From Minisyncoccota bacterium (GTDB lineage Bacteria; Patescibacteriota; Minisyncoccia; UBA6257; 2-01-FULL-56-20), in assembly GCA_041664245.1 (NCBI GenBank), contig JBAYLC010000004.1, positions 16,932 to 80,931 on the forward strand: a DNA stretch of 64,000 bases, given 5' to 3'. The notes under the pieces were generated by a model. It was not told the DNA's origin. It saw nothing but the letters and a program-made list of their open reading frames with translations, and searched no databases. This document shows, piece after piece, positions 19,387 through 29,317 of this stretch. Each line of letters begins with the position of its first letter. Position 1 is the first letter of the stretch. The translations under genes were made by a program, and so were the position numbers.

Positions 19387-19938
19387 CTAAATCTCCACCT
19401 TCCTATTTTTGAGCGCCTCGAAACTCGGTCGGAAAATTTCGTGCATTAAAATCGCGCTTAAAATTCCAAAAATTGCTCCTCCTAAAATATCCATCGGCCA
19501 ATGAACTCCGACAAATATTCTCGCCGCTCCGTTTAATAGCGCGATAAGCAACGCCCAAGATCCCAATTTTTTATCAAAAAAGAAAACCGACATCGCCAAG
19601 CAAAAAAATATCGTCGCGTGGCTTGATGGAAACGATGTTCCCAAAGTTAAAACCAGCGGGTTTAATCCTAAAAATTCATACGGCCTTGGCTGCTGGAAAA
19701 AGAAATGAAAAAACTGAGTTAAAATCCCCCGCGCCAAAACGAAGGCCAATATTATTTCAATAAAAAACAAAAACTTTGGCCGCCATTCTTTCTGCCTAAA
19801 AAAAAGCAGTAAAACAAAAAAAACAATTAGGAAAGGCAAAACCTCCGCCGCAAAAACTCCAACCGCGTCCAAAAAAGAACCCTGCCTCGCAAAACCGAAA
19901 ACAAATTGAAACAGTTTCTGATTTATTTCCTGCATCAA
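19387..19938 (-). CDS. PAP2-family phosphatase (undecaprenyl-diphosphate phosphatase-like)
   Basis: PRPY, SFPSSHA, RIFVGVHWPMDI motifs; multiple TM helices. Confidence 0.9.
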   Translation of the reverse strand: MMQEINQKLFQFVFGFARQGSFLDAVGVFAAEVLPFLIVFFVLLLFFRQKEWRPKFLFFIEIILAFVLARGILTQFFHFFFQQPRPYEFLGLNPLVLTLGTSFPSSHATIFFCLAMSVFFFDKKLGSWALLIALLNGAARIFVGVHWPMDILGGAIFGILSAILMHEIFRPSFEALKNRKVEI

Positions 19939-19960
19939 ATTACAAAATAATCTATTTTTC

Positions 19961-19995
19961 TATCACTTATCACCTAAAACCTACCACCTCGCCCT
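19961..19995. repeat. Degenerate heptamer tandem array after the rpsR stop
   Basis: tatcact tatcacc taaaacc taccacc tcgccct. Confidence 0.55.
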
Positions 19996-19998
19996 TAA

Positions 19999-20202
19999 CT
20001 ATCTATTAACAAACGACAAGAGCCCGAGAAAACGCGCCCTCTTAACCGCTTGCGCTAAAATCCGTTGATGCTTGGCGCAAACACCGGTGTGTTTCGGATC
20101 AATAATTTTTGCCTGCCCTGAAACAAACCGCCTCAAAAGATCAACTTCTTTGTAGTCAATCCGTTTCAAATTTTGCGAACAAAAAAAACACTGATTCATC
20201 AT
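19999..20202 (-). CDS. rpsR: 30S ribosomal protein S18
   Basis: CFFC..IDYKEVDLLRRFVS..KI..TGVCAKHQR.LA.AVKRARFLGLL. Confidence 0.96.
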   Translation of the reverse strand: MMNQCFFCSQNLKRIDYKEVDLLRRFVSGQAKIIDPKHTGVCAKHQRILAQAVKRARFLGLLSFVNR

Positions 20203-20208
20203 AATAAT

Positions 20209-20775
20209 TTAAATCTTTTTAACTTGTAGAGAATCTAATTCCAACGCCGTATCTCGACCGAAAATCGGCACCATCACTTTAATATGCCCTCGCTCTTCAT
20301 CAACCTCGGAAATTTTTCCGTCGTAGTCTTTAAACGGCCCATCGGTTATCTTCACTAAATCTCCCACTCGCAAATCAACATTAAACTTGCTCTCATCTTT
20401 GCCCATCCTGAAAAGCAAAGAATCAACTTCCTCTTTTGAAAGCGGCGTTGGCTTGGTGCTGTCTGGTCCCACAAACCCGGTCACCCGCGGCGTATTCCGG
20501 ACCACATACCAAGAATCCGCGCTTAAAACCATTTCGATAAGCACATATCCAGGATAAATTTTCTCTTCAATTGTTTGCCGATGCCCACCTTTAACTTTAA
20601 TCTTTTTTTCTTTCGGTACGATAATTTTAAAAATCTTGTCTTCCAAGCCCAAAACTTCCACCCGTTGCTTCAAATACCTCGCCACTGCTTCTTCGTAACC
20701 GGAATAGGTATGCACCGCATACCACTGCCTTAAGCCCGTCAGATCTTTTTGTTGAATTGCTTCTTTTGGTTCCAT
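20209..20775 (-). CDS. nusG: Transcription termination/antitermination factor NusG
   Basis: WYAVHTYSGYE, PGYVLIEM, VRNTPRVTGFVG, KOW domain ITDGPFKD, IFGRDT. Confidence 0.97.
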   Translation of the reverse strand: MEPKEAIQQKDLTGLRQWYAVHTYSGYEEAVARYLKQRVEVLGLEDKIFKIIVPKEKKIKVKGGHRQTIEEKIYPGYVLIEMVLSADSWYVVRNTPRVTGFVGPDSTKPTPLSKEEVDSLLFRMGKDESKFNVDLRVGDLVKITDGPFKDYDGKISEVDEERGHIKVMVPIFGRDTALELDSLQVKKI

Positions 20776-20784
20776 AAAAATAAT

Positions 20785-20973
20785 CTAGGCCGCCACAAAT
20801 GATTTGATTATGTAAGAAAAAAGAGTGTCGAAAACACCCAAAAATATCGCCATTCCAATGGAGATTCCGATTACAACAAAAGTCAGGCGAATCGCTTCTG
20901 CCCTGGTTGGCCAATTGACGCTTTTAAACTCTTGTCTGGCGTCTTCAAAAAACTGCTTTATTTTTTTGAACAT
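20785..20973 (-). CDS. secE: Preprotein translocase subunit SecE
   Basis: EFKSVNWPTRAE plus a single TM; directly upstream of nusG. Confidence 0.93.
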   Translation of the reverse strand: MFKKIKQFFEDARQEFKSVNWPTRAEAIRLTFVVIGISIGMAIFLGVFDTLFSYIIKSFVAA

Positions 20974-21026
20974 AAATATGCCTAAAAAAAGATAACTAAT
21001 GTCCGATTAGGCTACCAAAAATCCGC

Positions 21027-23093
21027 CTAAACGTCAAGATTTTTAACCGCTAAAGCGTGCAATTCAATGAATTTCCGCCTTGGCGCCACCTCGTCGCCCA
21101 TCAGCACATCAAACAGCCTGTCCGCCTCTTCAGCATCGTCTATCGTCACATTTAAGAGGACTCTGTTCTCTGGATTCATCGTCGTCTCCCAAAGCTGTTC
21201 CGGGTTCATTTCTCCTAAACCTTTATAACGCTGGATGTTAACTCCCTTAACTTGTTCCTTGCCCGGCTCACCTTCTTCAATCACCAACTCGCTATCTTCG
21301 GTTTTTATTTTTTTATCTTCCGCCTTGTCTTTTGCTTTCTGGGCTTTTATTTTTTGTAACTCCCCCACTAACTTATCTTTCTCATTATCCGAATAAGCAT
21401 ATTGAACTTCCTTGCCGCTCTGAATTCGATACAGTGGCGGCTGGGCAATATACAAGTAACCCGATTCAATAATCCCTTTGAAGTAACGGTAAAAAAGCGT
21501 AAGAAGAAGTGTGCGAATATGAGCGCCGTCAACATCAGCATCAGTCATGATAACAATCTTATGATATCTAATTTTAGTAATATCAAATTCCTCCGCAATC
21601 GCCGTTCCCATAGCCATCACTAAAGAACGGATTTCCTGGTTCATGAGCATCTTATCCAAACGCGATTTCTCCACGTTTAAAATTTTCCCTTTAAGCGGCA
21701 AAATCGCCTGCGTTCTTCTCTCCCGGCCAGACTTTGCGCTGCCGCCGGCGCTATCCCCCTCAACGAGAAATAATTCCGACTCCTCTGGGCTTTTAGAGCT
21801 GCAATCTGAGAGTTTCCCCGGCAAAGTCATTCCCTCAAGCACCCCTTTTCGAAGCACTGTGTCCCGCGCCGCTTTTGCCGCCTTTCTCGCTTTCGCCGCC
21901 AATAAAACTTTTTCGATAATTCGCCTTGCCTCCGGCGGCCGTTTTTCTAAAAACTCCTTGAGCGCTTCACCCACCACCGCTTCTACCGCTGTCCGCGCTT
22001 CGGTGTTCCCCAGTCGCGCCTTCGTCTGTCCTTCAAATTGCGGCTCGCGGATTTTTACCGAAACAATCGCCACCAAACCCTCTCGCACATCATCGCTTGT
22101 TAAATTTTCATCTTTTTCTTTCAGGTACCCCTCACCTCGAGCGTAGTTATTCAAACTCCGAGTCAGCGCCGATCGAAACCCGGTCAAATGCATTCCTCCG
22201 TCCGGCGTAAAAATATTATTGGCGAAACTTAATTCTTTTACTTCCAAATCATCAATGTAAGTAAACGCCGCTTCCACGTTCACCCCTTCGGAATCCTTGA
22301 CCACATAAAATATTTCCTCTTGAAGCATTTTTTCCTTTCGGCATAAATGCTTTGTAAAAGATAAAAGTCCTCCTTCAAAATAAAACCCGTGGAATTGAGG
22401 GGTCTCTGATCGCCAATCAACAAAAATAATTCTGACGCCTTTCGTTAGATATGCCTGCTGGCGCAAATGCTCGGCGATTTTTTTATCGTTAAAATCGAGT
22501 GTCGAAAAAATTTGAGTGTCCGGCGAAAAAGTAATTTTTGTTCCGTCGTGATTAGAGATTCCAATTTTTTTAACTTTCGCCTCCGGCACCCCGCGTTTAT
22601 AACGCTGGAAAAAACGTCCGCCTTCGCGAGAAACTTCTGCCTCCAACCATTCCGAAAGAGCGTTCACCACCGACACACCCACCCCGTGAAGTCCGCCGGA
22701 AACTTTATACGACTCCCCTCCGAATTTTCCGCCAGCGTGAAGGGTCGTCATCACCGTTTCGAGCGCCGATTTTTTTGTCTGCTTGTGAGTTTCAACCGGA
22801 ATTCCTCTTCCATCGTCAGTCACACTTACCTTACTACCCTTAAAAATCTCCACCGTTATATTTTTGGCAAATCCAGCCATCGCTTCGTCAATGGAATTAT
22901 CTACCACTTCCCAAATCAAGTGGTGAAGCCCAATTTCGCCGGTTGAACCGATGTACATTCCCGGCCGTTTCCGGACCGGTTCTAACCCCTCTAAAACATA
23001 AATATCATCCGCGCTGTAAGAACCCGGTTTATTAACTTTTATATTCTTTTTCGCTTCCAAATTTTCCTTCGGTTTTCCTGCGTTTTTAGGCAT
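21027..23093 (-). CDS. gyrB: DNA gyrase subunit B
   Basis: EPVRKRPGMYIGST, DNSIDE, LHAGGKF, VEGDSAGGSAK, MTDADVDGAHI, QRYKGLGEMNP. Confidence 0.98.
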   Translation of the reverse strand: MPKNAGKPKENLEAKKNIKVNKPGSYSADDIYVLEGLEPVRKRPGMYIGSTGEIGLHHLIWEVVDNSIDEAMAGFAKNITVEIFKGSKVSVTDDGRGIPVETHKQTKKSALETVMTTLHAGGKFGGESYKVSGGLHGVGVSVVNALSEWLEAEVSREGGRFFQRYKRGVPEAKVKKIGISNHDGTKITFSPDTQIFSTLDFNDKKIAEHLRQQAYLTKGVRIIFVDWRSETPQFHGFYFEGGLLSFTKHLCRKEKMLQEEIFYVVKDSEGVNVEAAFTYIDDLEVKELSFANNIFTPDGGMHLTGFRSALTRSLNNYARGEGYLKEKDENLTSDDVREGLVAIVSVKIREPQFEGQTKARLGNTEARTAVEAVVGEALKEFLEKRPPEARRIIEKVLLAAKARKAAKAARDTVLRKGVLEGMTLPGKLSDCSSKSPEESELFLVEGDSAGGSAKSGRERRTQAILPLKGKILNVEKSRLDKMLMNQEIRSLVMAMGTAIAEEFDITKIRYHKIVIMTDADVDGAHIRTLLLTLFYRYFKGIIESGYLYIAQPPLYRIQSGKEVQYAYSDNEKDKLVGELQKIKAQKAKDKAEDKKIKTEDSELVIEEGEPGKEQVKGVNIQRYKGLGEMNPEQLWETTMNPENRVLLNVTIDDAEEADRLFDVLMGDEVAPRRKFIELHALAVKNLDV

Positions 23094-23178
23094 TTAAGAC
23101 ATAAAAAACAAGCCAAAATAGCCTATTCCTTGCTTAAATTTTACCATAAAAAACCGTTAAAATCCACCCGGGCAATGC

Positions 23179-25491
23179 CTATTTAACTAAATTCAATTCT
23201 CTCAAAATCGGATATATACTCTCGTACCCAATTACTTTTGTAATATCAACTTTCCTCATTACTTCGATAATCTGTTCCCTTGCTAGGTCATTCTGCTTAT
23301 CAAAAAAATAAGCGATTCCCAATTTTATCCCTACTTCCGGATTTCCTGGCTCCATTTCTAAAGATTTTTTGTATAGCTCTATGGCTTCTTTCAAGTGCCC
23401 AGAATCGGCAAAAAAATTCGCCACCACCAATGGTTCATGATAATTTTTCCACTTTCTCCCAAGCTCAATTGCCCTCTTTAATTCTTTATAACTCAACTCT
23501 TGATCTCCAATGACATGCGCAAATAAACCGTAATAAAAATGTCCGTCGGCAACATTTGGGTTTAAATCCAAAGCTTTCTTAATTAACTCAATGGCCCCCT
23601 TTGTGTCACCTCTTAAAGATTTCGTCTTGGCTAATGAAAACATAACTTGTTGGCGATTCGGACTCAATTCTAAGGCGATTTTTCCCTCTTTTTCAGCTTT
23701 ATCTAAAAATTCATTCTTATTAACCTCCGAAACCTCGTTATACATATCCAATAGCGCGTAATGATTATAGGCGTCCTTTGGATGCTCCGCTGTCGCTTCC
23801 TCCATCGCTACAATTGCCATTTTTACCTCGTCAGCTGAAATTGCCTCTGGTTTGTAAAAATAATTCTCCGCCACTGCCGCCGCGTAATCTCTCTGAACAT
23901 TCCACCGGTACGGACTCCAAATATCTATCGCTTTTTTAAAACTTTCCAAAGCGCCCCCAGGATTATTTTGAATGAAATCATTCATCCCTTGATACTGAAG
24001 TTTATTAGCGATTAGACTATTTACATTCAAAACATAAACCCAAACAACTCCCCCTAAAAGAACAATTCCAATCATCACATTCTTCGCAAATATATCTGGT
24101 TCGTCTCTGCCCTTTTTAAAATCAAAACCAGGCCTCTGTTCCTTTTTTTCTTCTACCTCCTTGCTCATTCGATAAAACCCGTCGATAAATCCAGTCGTAA
24201 CAAAAAACATAATTAACGGTCCAATCGTTTCAAATAAAAACAAATTTCTTATAAAATACCCAAAAACTAGAACTATAACTACTTGGCCAAGTAATTTATC
24301 TTTAATTTTTAAAGCGGAATAAATTAGAGCTCCTAAAACAAAAACATAAGAAAGCAATAAAAGCACCCCGCCAACAACCAGATATTCTAAAACAAGATTG
24401 TGAGGTTTATCAAAACGAGTTTCCTGGTAGTTGATCGACAATAAGCTTGGGTCGTAATATTTATTCGAAACAATATTGAAATTCTCAAAACCCCATCCCA
24501 ATATTGGCTTTTCTAAGAAACCTTTCCACGCCGACTCAATTGCCACTATTCTAGGCTTTAATCCTTGGTCAGAAAACGACAAATCCTTAAAACGATTCAA
24601 TCCCGGAATTGATTCCCATATACTATTCCCCTTAGTAAACCAAAACGCTCCTCCTAAAATAATAACCAATATGAAAACAGAGGCGTAAAACTTTCGGCTT
24701 CGAAAAACTCTAGTTTTAATCTCCGGTGGTCGAAAAGCGAAAAGCCCAAAAAGTGCAACTAGCGCTACTCCAAACCCAATTATATCTCCCCTAGTTTGAG
24801 TCTGAAAGAAAGACAAAACCGTAAGCAAAATCACTACTCCAAGAAAAATAACCTCCCCCCAATTTTTATTGTCGTTATTAAACCTCTCTTTTCCCGCCCA
24901 AAATTGTTTCAATAAAAAATACAAAGCGAAAAATATATTAAAAAGCAGATAACCAGCCAAGAAGCTCGGATTGCCAAAAGTGCTGCCTGGTCTTCCCGAT
25001 GCTAAATCTCCAGCAAGTAAAAAATTCGGATTACTCAATTGAATTAATCCAATAACACTCACGATCGAAGCGGAAATTAATGAAAAATAAGCAACTTTTT
25101 TAAAACTAATTTCCTTTCCTAGCGAACTAATTACCAATCCCAGCAAAATAAAATGTAGATACGTATAAACTCCCAAGGCCCTCTCTTGAGTTCCCCAAAA
25201 GCTACGAAGCGGGTCCTCGCCAAAAATCGAATTGATTATTAAGACCAACCCTAAAGTCAGAAAAGCCCAAAATATCGGCGTTAATTTCGGCCGGTATTTT
25301 TTGTCTATTATCACTAGGGAAATCCATAAAATTATTATCAACTCGCATAAAATCTGAAAAAACAAAGTTTTCGAAAAAGTATAGGGATAAACTGCCTGCT
25401 TGAGATAAAAAAGAGGCACTACTAGAACAATCGAGTAAATCAAATATCTTATAGCTTTCAGTAAATATTGCGAAATTTTTTTGTGTTCCAT
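23179..25491 (-). CDS. O-antigen ligase (WaaL/PglL-like) membrane protein with C-terminal TPRs
   Basis: About 12 TM helices; STFGNPSFLAGY, TQTRG, KPILGWGFENF, FDKPHN; TPR-like helices at the C-terminus. Start MEHKK at 25491, because the ORF-track extension runs through a terminator. Confidence 0.85.
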   Translation of the reverse strand: MEHKKISQYLLKAIRYLIYSIVLVVPLFYLKQAVYPYTFSKTLFFQILCELIIILWISLVIIDKKYRPKLTPIFWAFLTLGLVLIINSIFGEDPLRSFWGTQERALGVYTYLHFILLGLVISSLGKEISFKKVAYFSLISASIVSVIGLIQLSNPNFLLAGDLASGRPGSTFGNPSFLAGYLLFNIFFALYFLLKQFWAGKERFNNDNKNWGEVIFLGVVILLTVLSFFQTQTRGDIIGFGVALVALFGLFAFRPPEIKTRVFRSRKFYASVFILVIILGGAFWFTKGNSIWESIPGLNRFKDLSFSDQGLKPRIVAIESAWKGFLEKPILGWGFENFNIVSNKYYDPSLLSINYQETRFDKPHNLVLEYLVVGGVLLLLSYVFVLGALIYSALKIKDKLLGQVVIVLVFGYFIRNLFLFETIGPLIMFFVTTGFIDGFYRMSKEVEEKKEQRPGFDFKKGRDEPDIFAKNVMIGIVLLGGVVWVYVLNVNSLIANKLQYQGMNDFIQNNPGGALESFKKAIDIWSPYRWNVQRDYAAAVAENYFYKPEAISADEVKMAIVAMEEATAEHPKDAYNHYALLDMYNEVSEVNKNEFLDKAEKEGKIALELSPNRQQVMFSLAKTKSLRGDTKGAIELIKKALDLNPNVADGHFYYGLFAHVIGDQELSYKELKRAIELGRKWKNYHEPLVVANFFADSGHLKEAIELYKKSLEMEPGNPEVGIKLGIAYFFDKQNDLAREQIIEVMRKVDITKVIGYESIYPILRELNLVK

Positions 25492-25523
25492 AACCCTAAG
25501 TATAAATAAAAATAACCTAACTA

Positions 25524-25554
25524 AAAAGCACGTCCGCCTAAGGCGGACGTGCTT
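25524..25554 (-). terminator. Intrinsic terminator after the S-layer-like gene
   Basis: aaagcacgtccgcc-taa-ggcggacgtgcttt, followed by a T tract on the minus strand. Confidence 0.8.
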
Positions 25555-25588
25555 TCGAATTGCAATCAATACAGAATTTCTATCGAAA

Positions 25589-28500
25589 CTAAGAACCAGC
25601 TGCGTAAGAACCAGAGAACAACTGAATCGGAATACCCACGCCAGCGATTCTTACATTAACCGTACCGCCAGATTCCGCCGTAGTGTAAGTAGCATCAGTC
25701 ACCGCATTAAGGATTGCTGAAAGTCCTTGAGCCACACCGCTTACAGCAACGGCTGTATTGCTCAAAGTATTAGCCCTAAGCGTAAATGTCTTTGTAGTAC
25801 CAGCGCTGACAATATAGTTATTGAAGTCAAACGAAACTGAAGTTGTGGTAGTTGCAGACTGAGTCACATTAGTGCCGGCAGTCGGATTAAACAACGTAAA
25901 TGTGGCAGGTAACGAAAGGCTATTAGCCGAACCGCCAATAGTAACCACAAATGACTGAAGTTTAACCGATCCAAGTGGGTCCGCCGTGAAGCTAATAGTG
26001 GCCAACTCATCAGTTGTAGCCTTAGCTCTACCAGACGTAACTCCAATCGGAGTCGCCGATACTGTAAGTTTACCTCTCACAATCGTCTGAGCATTACCAG
26101 TCGCAGCAGTGAGAGTAACCGTCGAACTGTTATTCGAGGTACTACCACGAGCCACCACTACTTCTGCCGCTGTATCAAGAAGCGGGTCAGTAGAAGTTGA
26201 CGCAGCAAGCTTAAACACATGAGTAGTGTTGTCAGACGCACCGCTCGAGCTATAGTCAGACACATCGCCCTTCAGAACCAAGGTAATTGATCCAGATTTC
26301 GGAACTACGATCGGATTCTGGAAACTAAACAGGCGGTAATAACCCACACCAGCCACATCTGAGCCCTCGGTATTGTTGCTTGTTGTCGGTTCGCCACCCG
26401 TAGCCAACAATGTATTCAAATCCCTTGAATCGTACAACTTCAAACTAGCAAAGGAAGCCTTAACCGAAGGAGAAGCAACCGTCTGGAAAAGATAAAGTTG
26501 AGAAACCTTTATATCTTCAATATTGGTTGTTTCGGAGAAACGGTAAGCGGCCAAGGTATTTCCAGTTGAACCCATCACAATCTGGTTAGCTGACGGAGCA
26601 GTGGAGTCCAATGTAACAGTCAATGTTGACTGTCCAGCCACAACCACACTTTGTCCGGTTCTTGCTGTGCAAGAAACCGCAGCATAGGTCGTCGCGCCAG
26701 ATCCCGTGCAACTCGCAAGTGTTGTAGCCGCCGTATGTGTACCAGCCACCGCAGATGAAAGTATATCAACATAAACATCCACTATCTTTGTTTGTCCAGC
26801 TGGAATATTTAGTTGACCGGTAAAATTATAGGTAGCAGCCGATAAAGTCGGTTGAACTGTCCCAAATTGAGTATTACCAACCATCAGCTTAAGGTTTTGG
26901 CTGCTAGTCGTAAGGCCACCCAATGTAACCCCAATACTCATGAGGTTCACCCCTTCCGCCGTTGAAGCCGCTATTGAGTAAGAACCAATTTTAGCGTTAG
27001 TTGTGCCAGCTGAATACGTTTGAGTTCCTACTGCGCTATTTCTAGCTGTAGTAGCTGAGCTAGTAACTCTAGTTAACACGCTGCCAGTTGCCGCGCCGCT
27101 TGATGCCGTCGCGCTTGATGTCTGGCCACGCAAGTTGCTTGACCCAGTCAACACCTTTGCCACAATCGTCGTGAAATCAGCTGTGGTTTGGATATCTCCT
27201 CGTAAGGTAAGCACCCGAGTTGTATTCGCCGGAACAATGTAGCTAATCGGAGAAGAACTCTTACCAAAACAATTTGTAGCCGTTGAAGATGCATAAGTTG
27301 CAGCACTATCAGTACAATCCACTGCTAACACTGTCGCCAAATTGGAAATTGTGCTCCCAACTTGAAAACCAGCATCATCAACTAAACTAACGTTCTTGAT
27401 TTGGCTATTTACTCCGAGAGTCGCTCCCGTGAAAGTCAAAGAAAATCCGAGCCACTGAACCTTAACTGGTTCGCCAGCCGCATAAATCTTGTATTTCAAG
27501 AGAGGTGTTGCCGATCCGCCGGCAACAATATTCCCAGTCGGTGTATCAGAAGCCAAAGTGGTTGTAAGTTGTCCAGGTTGAATAGTCACCTGCATTGAAC
27601 TTGCCGAACCGCCGTTGATAGTCACCGAAACCGGTACTCCATACTGGCTATCAACTCCCCAAACATCATACGAGTTCAAGAGGTTGAAAGTGAAATTGTA
27701 GTTTGGACTACCCGCAATGTCGGCGTAGACTTGCAAATTGCTGTTTCCGGTAGAAATAACCGCCGGAGCAGAACTGAAATCAAAAAACGCCACTCCATCA
27801 GCCGGAACCATCGCTAAGGTTTGGCCAACTTGAGTACCGTTCACAAAAAGCTTCACATTCTTAATGTCGCTCTTTGTCGCCGAACCAGTCACTTTAAAAG
27901 TAATTCCTTTAAGGTTAACTGGACTGTTCGTAGCTGTAATCGTCCACTGCGAAATCATTTGATTCTGATCGCCAGCATAAACTGATGTCTGCGGTGTACC
28001 CGAAGACACAGTTAAACTCGCAATTGACGGATTTGAGACCGTAGTCGCTGTGAAAACATTTCCACTCAAGGGAAAAGCCCCCACTGGAGTAACAGCCACG
28101 TTATTGCTGTCAACTGCCGTTATATCGGTAACCGCCATCAAACCAAAAGAGATAGTGTTTCCATCCGTAACTGTTCCTGGGTCAATAGCTAATTCAACAT
28201 TCCTGGTCTGACCGGCATTAATGCCTAATCCCAAACCATTGAATGTAATCACGCCACCAGAAAGCGAACTATACTGGGCGATTACCTTACCGTTTTCGAT
28301 TAGGTATGCCGCAGAAATACCACTATCCGAAACTATACCCAACTTCTTGAATTTCAAGTCGTTGACTGTAATTCCGCCAGCATTGCCAGCTGTAAGAGCA
28401 ACTCCTAAAACAGGCAATCGCGCCGAGGAAGCAATGAAAGAACTAACTGCAGGATTCTTCGAAGAGAGTCCTACTGAAAGACCAGAAACCGGAACCGGAT

Positions 28501-28942
28501 TTGGATTCGGGTTAGGATTTGGATTCGGATTTACTCCCATCGCGTTAACAAAAGCGCGAGTCTTTGGACCAAAATAACCAGCCGCCGGAGCGATTCCGTT
28601 GGCTGCTTGGAATTTACCCAAAGCCGCTTTTGTCATTGAACCGAAATAAGCAGTCGGAGCAGTAATATTCAAATACCCTCCTGTGATTAAGAACTGCTGA
28701 AGTGAAGTTACGTCGGCACCTCTGCTTCCAAGGGTGAGGTCCTTAGTGAAGCTGTAGGAACCAGTAACTGGAGTGCCTCCTTGAGCAGTCGCCAACTGAG
28801 CATTAAGCGCTTGAATTTGCGCCATAAGCGAATTAATCATCGCTTGAAGCTCAGCTGTTGTCTGTCCATGAGCCACTGGTGTGACGCCTGCGATAACCAT
28901 CGCAAAAAGCGCCAATGAAACTAATTTTTTTCCTATATTCAT
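25589..28942 (-). CDS. Large secreted S-layer-like surface protein with a peptidoglycan-binding-like domain
   Basis: Signal peptide; AELQAMINSLMAQIQAL coiled coil; FTKDLTLGSRGADVTSLQQFL...YFGPKTRA; NP linker; long Thr/Ser/Val-rich beta repeats. Confidence 0.8.
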   Translation of the reverse strand: MNIGKKLVSLALFAMVIAGVTPVAHGQTTAELQAMINSLMAQIQALNAQLATAQGGTPVTGSYSFTKDLTLGSRGADVTSLQQFLITGGYLNITAPTAYFGSMTKAALGKFQAANGIAPAAGYFGPKTRAFVNAMGVNPNPNPNPNPNPVPVSGLSVGLSSKNPAVSSFIASSARLPVLGVALTAGNAGGITVNDLKFKKLGIVSDSGISAAYLIENGKVIAQYSSLSGGVITFNGLGLGINAGQTRNVELAIDPGTVTDGNTISFGLMAVTDITAVDSNNVAVTPVGAFPLSGNVFTATTVSNPSIASLTVSSGTPQTSVYAGDQNQMISQWTITATNSPVNLKGITFKVTGSATKSDIKNVKLFVNGTQVGQTLAMVPADGVAFFDFSSAPAVISTGNSNLQVYADIAGSPNYNFTFNLLNSYDVWGVDSQYGVPVSVTINGGSASSMQVTIQPGQLTTTLASDTPTGNIVAGGSATPLLKYKIYAAGEPVKVQWLGFSLTFTGATLGVNSQIKNVSLVDDAGFQVGSTISNLATVLAVDCTDSAATYASSTATNCFGKSSSPISYIVPANTTRVLTLRGDIQTTADFTTIVAKVLTGSSNLRGQTSSATASSGAATGSVLTRVTSSATTARNSAVGTQTYSAGTTNAKIGSYSIAASTAEGVNLMSIGVTLGGLTTSSQNLKLMVGNTQFGTVQPTLSAATYNFTGQLNIPAGQTKIVDVYVDILSSAVAGTHTAATTLASCTGSGATTYAAVSCTARTGQSVVVAGQSTLTVTLDSTAPSANQIVMGSTGNTLAAYRFSETTNIEDIKVSQLYLFQTVASPSVKASFASLKLYDSRDLNTLLATGGEPTTSNNTEGSDVAGVGYYRLFSFQNPIVVPKSGSITLVLKGDVSDYSSSGASDNTTHVFKLAASTSTDPLLDTAAEVVVARGSTSNNSSTVTLTAATGNAQTIVRGKLTVSATPIGVTSGRAKATTDELATISFTADPLGSVKLQSFVVTIGGSANSLSLPATFTLFNPTAGTNVTQSATTTTSVSFDFNNYIVSAGTTKTFTLRANTLSNTAVAVSGVAQGLSAILNAVTDATYTTAESGGTVNVRIAGVGIPIQLFSGSYAAGS
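28497..28532 (-). repeat. 6-bp tandem repeat encoding an (NP)6 linker
   Basis: ggattt/ggattc/gggtta units. Confidence 0.8.
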
Positions 28943-29155
28943 TTTTGTTTTTATATTTAGACTAATTTTTGTTTTTTACATCGACCTTATTTAATAAGGC
29001 CTCGACCTTTACTAAAATACTTACTTTTCTGTAAAGTCGTCACTTTTACCCCCGACAACCGCCAATCTAAGTGAGGATTAGTGGCAGTTAGATGCAAAAG
29101 TACAACCCTTAATATCAATAAAAAATCACTCGAATCGAGTGAGGTCAAAAAAACT

Positions 29156-29164
29156 TTATCCACA
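29156..29164. promoter_or_regulatory. DnaA box in the leader region of the S-layer-like gene
   Basis: Perfect TTATCCACA. Confidence 0.45.
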
Positions 29165-29317
29165 AAATCAGAGATACGACTCCGAAAACCAACCAAAACA
29201 GAAGAAACAAGGTTTAGCCTCACTTCCAAACCTTGCGCCAACTATAACAGATCAAATCAATAAACACAAAGACCGAACCCGGCCTTCCCTAGTAAAACGA
29301 GGTATCGAGTCAAAAGG

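Noticed and set aside
19200-19449. Two 70-aa ORFs
   Set aside because: They overlap tRNA-Leu(CAA) and its downstream hairpins
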